Positions 60,864-64,000 of a stretch of 64,000 bases of DNA are shown here, in pieces. Below the pieces are notes generated by a model. That model saw nothing but the letters and a program-made list of their open reading frames with translations, made no database searches and was not told the DNA's origin. The stretch spans positions 13,794,633 to 13,858,632 of the forward strand of contig OZ037769.1 in NCBI GenBank assembly GCA_964035545.1, given 5' to 3'. The stretch's first letter is position 1. Each line of letters opens with the position of its first letter. The DNA comes from Bugula neritina (Eukaryota; Animalia; Bryozoa). A program made the position numbers and the translations under genes.

Positions 60864-61934
60864 TCAGTGTTGGGCACGCCGATGTTTGGCCTGGCATGTA
60901 CGTAACTTCCTTTTAATCCGGCCCACCGAGCCTTTTAGCTGAAAGAGTCCCGTTGTGGTATTAAGCAGATCCGGTGCTAACTAGGTAAACTCAGCTTGCA
61001 GTCGGAGGAGGCGTTCCTCCACTGTGGCCAAGCGAGTAGGGTCTGGGGACGGTGTCCGTCTGCGACGAAGAGGGGGACTTGGAGACCGGGTCCGTCTTTT
61101 CGTCGGGGTAGGGGAGACCTCTCTTTCTTCGGGATAGGAAAACTCTTCGGGGGTGTACACAGTCTGAGGGCGGTCGGATACCAATGGAGATTGTTGCCTG
61201 GCGTAGTCTAGTACGCGCTGGAAACCTGAGGTCAGAACGGCCAACAACATCGCCTTCTTCACTAGAGGTCGTATCAGAGTTAAGAATTCTGGATAGAGTT
61301 TGGCATCCACCACGTAATTTTCTCCGGAAAAACAGCCCGTCGCCCGATGTCTGGTAACGGGGTAGGGTAGACGTCATTATATCCACAGGGGCAGAACGTG
61401 AGCAATAGATGGGCGTTGACATGCAGCTTCAAGGAGCGGTGAGAGGCACACTCCTCGTCACAAATCTGGCACCGCGTCCTTCCTTTGGGTCCCCAGGCTG
61501 TTTCTATCTGTTCCTCTGTTTCCGGCGACACCCACCGCCAACGGCGGCGCAGCGGCTCGAGCCGGTCACCATTGGTATACTCCTCAGGATGCGGAGCGGG
61601 AAGTGCTCTATCCCGTACCCTGGTTGTAACGGGTCGAGTGTAACCTGAAAGAGTTTCAACAGTGTTAGTATAATACACTGCAGTGTTGTCAGCTTTGGAC
61701 AGCCTGGCAACTTCTCGTTCAGTTACCTCGTAGAGATGTATGGTAGTGAATAGTCAGATAGAACACGTATTGCAATGAGATTATACAATCTCTAAGTCAA
61801 CTGAGTTCTTACCACGGTAGTTCACTAGCCTATCTCCAGCTCATTTGACTCAGTGAGTCGGAGCTGAGTGATGCAATCTAGTTTCCATATCAAGATATAG
61901 TTAACTCACCCCACGATCTGTTGTCGTAAGACAT
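60864..61934 (-). pseudogene. Accessory ZnF/coiled-coil gene of element 3 (micro-exon 61934-61910, exon 61644-60864; one frameshift and one stop)
   Basis: CQIC-x12-H-x3-H, FCPCG, YVVDAKLYPEFLTLIRP, KRRTRSPSPPLRRRR, and heptads LATVEERLLRLQAEF. Confidence 0.75.
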
Positions 61935-61958
61935 ACTGAATTTGTGAAATGGTTTGGA

Positions 61959-64000
61959 CTACTGATTAGGAACACGTCTACTCTTGACTGCATCAGCGTA
62001 TGAAAAGATCAAGCAACGTGGTTGGGGTGCGTGAATTAGACTTTGTGCACTCGGCGGATGAATTTTGTTTCTACTTCCGCCGATACAAAAGTTGATATTT
62101 CCGTGGTGTTGACAACTCCCACATTTGCTCGATACTTTTCCCGTACGGTTTTCCCCTAGACTTTCATACGCGCCGCTTTTAATGCAGTCACATACGAAGT
62201 CCTTCAAATATGCGGGGGTTGCCTCGTACGTTGTCCCCGCTCCAGGGGAGGTGACGCACTCGTCGGTGTAATAGTAGGGGCCTCTGGTGGCGTCTCTACT
62301 TCACCGTTAGTGGTCACTTCTTCTTGTTCTCCGGATGGAGCCCCTCCCTCCGTGGGGGTTTGCACTTCCGGAACCGGCTCGGTTTCTGGAAGTGGTGGAA
62401 TCAGACTTGGCGGTGGCGGACACGCTTCTGTTGGTAAAAGCGGTCGCTCTTCTCTCACCAATTCTTTCTCCCGCGGTATGACCACTTCATATTCAGGTCC
62501 CTGCCGCCGTCGCCCGCGCGTTGTTGTCTGCCTCCTGGGCTCCAACAACGGGGGGGCTTCTCCCACTGCGTCGGGGCTAGCCCAATACGGCTTCAAGCGA
62601 GACTCATTCTGGATAGACACCTGTCCTGAGCGCTCAATCTTGTACGTATGGTTGGCCATAGCCTCGACGACCACGTAGGGTCCCACGAACTTAGGCTGTA
62701 ACTTAGCCGCCTGTCCGCGACGCCTACGGTAATTGACCATCCACACCTTATCTCCCGTTTGGTAGAGGGGTGGTTCCTCGGATTCTTCGTGTCGCACCTT
62801 CCACTGCTGTTCGCGCAGTATATCGTGTGCGGCCTTCATCCGTTCCACTAGTTCACTGGCATACTCGTGAATCGAGTTGTTTAGCTCTGGAACGTGGTGG
62901 TTGAGATGGTCAGGAACCCGGGTCTCTCTCCCGAGCATCAAGAGGTTTGGGGTCTCACCAGTACTGGTGTGTGGGGTGCTACGGTATGCACGCATGACTT
63001 GCGGCAATACCGTATCCCATTCCTCTTGGCTGCGTCCGAGGAGAAGACTCCGGAGCGCATCACCTAGCATTCGGTTGTTGCGCTCCACCATCCCGTTACC
63101 TTGGGGGTGGTAAGGGGTGGTCCTGCTCTGATTCACTCCCCAGAGGCGGCAAAGGTCGCTCATCAGTTGAGACTGGAACTGAGCGCCTTGATCAGAGTGT
63201 ATCTGTTCGGGGAGCCCGAAATAACAGAATACATGTTGGTCTAGCGTCCTGGCCACTGTTGGGGCTGACGCATCTGGGATAGCCAGAGCATCTGCCCACC
63301 TAGTAAAGTGGTCGGTCAGTACTAAGATCCAACTATTGCCTCTGGGGGTCAGGGGCATCGGTCCGACCAGGTCAACAGCTACCACTTGCCACGGCCTGCC
63401 AGCATATAGCCTCCGCCGTCCCGCTTCACCAGGGAGACAGCCATGCTTGCTGGCCTGGCAGATTTTGCACTGCTTTGCTCTGAGCCGGACATCCCGCCCC
63501 ATTTTGGGGCCAATACCACGGGAGTTGCAATTTGGAGATCACTCTCTTGACCCCTGCATGGGCCTGTTTGTGAGTGTCCCAGATTAACTCACGGCGTATG
63601 GCACTGGGGCAGACCACCCTCTTCCTCTCCGGGTGTCTGCCGTTGGCAGCTAGAGAAATGGTCAATAGACCATCCTGCCCGATCCTCAGCGAGTCCCAAC
63701 GCTGGCAGAGTAGCCGGAACTCGGCGCATCCCTGCCGTATGCGTTCCTCGCTGGGTCGTCGCCCGTCCGTTTTGGCCCGATATATGTCTGCCACTACCCC
63801 AGGCAACTCCTCTTGGAGCTTCTTTAGCTCCTGGACATAATCGGCCCGTACAGGATTGGCGCGGAGATTTTGTACAAACTCCGGGGACTCGTCAACTTCC
63901 TGCCTGAGATGACCCTGGTCCCAGTCAAACGGTGCTCCGTGGTGAGCCAATGTCTCCAACTCCCATCGCGGGGGACCTCCGTCCCTCCTCTCGATGTTGA
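61959..64000 (-). pseudogene. Integrase and C-terminal pol tail of element 3
   Basis: HKQAH...CKIC, VAVDLVGP, IHSDQG, GMVER and KFVGPY. Frameshifts occur at ~63500 and ~62205. Confidence 0.92.

Larger units (their letters stand above)
60052..64000 (-). mobile_element. Ty3/Gypsy element 3 (closer to element 1), continuing beyond the window
   Basis: IN ORFs 63426-63959 and 62204-63502, then the accessory ORF, PPT (GGTGGGGGCGG) and 3' LTR. Confidence 0.93.

Noticed and set aside
48093-63840. Many overlapping and antisense ORFs inside the retrotransposons
   Set aside because: Expected in GC-rich pol sequence. Similarity between elements merely mirrors the sense frame.

Overview
This is AT-rich, intron-containing metazoan (invertebrate-like) genomic DNA. 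From 1 to 44 kb it holds host genes. These are two tandem PHOSPHO1/2-type HAD phosphatase genes with a diverged pseudogenic half-paralog between them, a long minus-strand RCC1-repeat gene resembling claret/GLO-4, a divergent 3-exon SVIP gene, and two tandem D-2-hydroxyacid dehydrogenase (GhrA-like) genes. Their introns and intergenic gaps carry a non-autonomous hAT element, about six copies of a tRNA-derived SINE, a solo LTR and many minisatellites. From 45 to 64 kb is a cluster of three diverged Ty3/Gypsy LTR retrotransposons plus a nested solo LTR. The main finding is that all three Gypsy elements carry the same accessory gene downstream of integrase, in the env position. It encodes a C2H2 finger, a CxC-H-C/H finger, a Pro-rich or basic tract and a coiled coil, with no transmembrane segment. 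In all three the gene has an ATG micro-exon, a phase-1 GT-AG intron of about 270-320 nt and an in-frame acceptor. Related LTRs carry a covarying hairpin over the predicted start site and palindromic CCGAA(A/T)TTCGG repeats. Together these suggest a complex-retrovirus-like regulatory module; that function is inference. All coordinates and alignments were done by eye.
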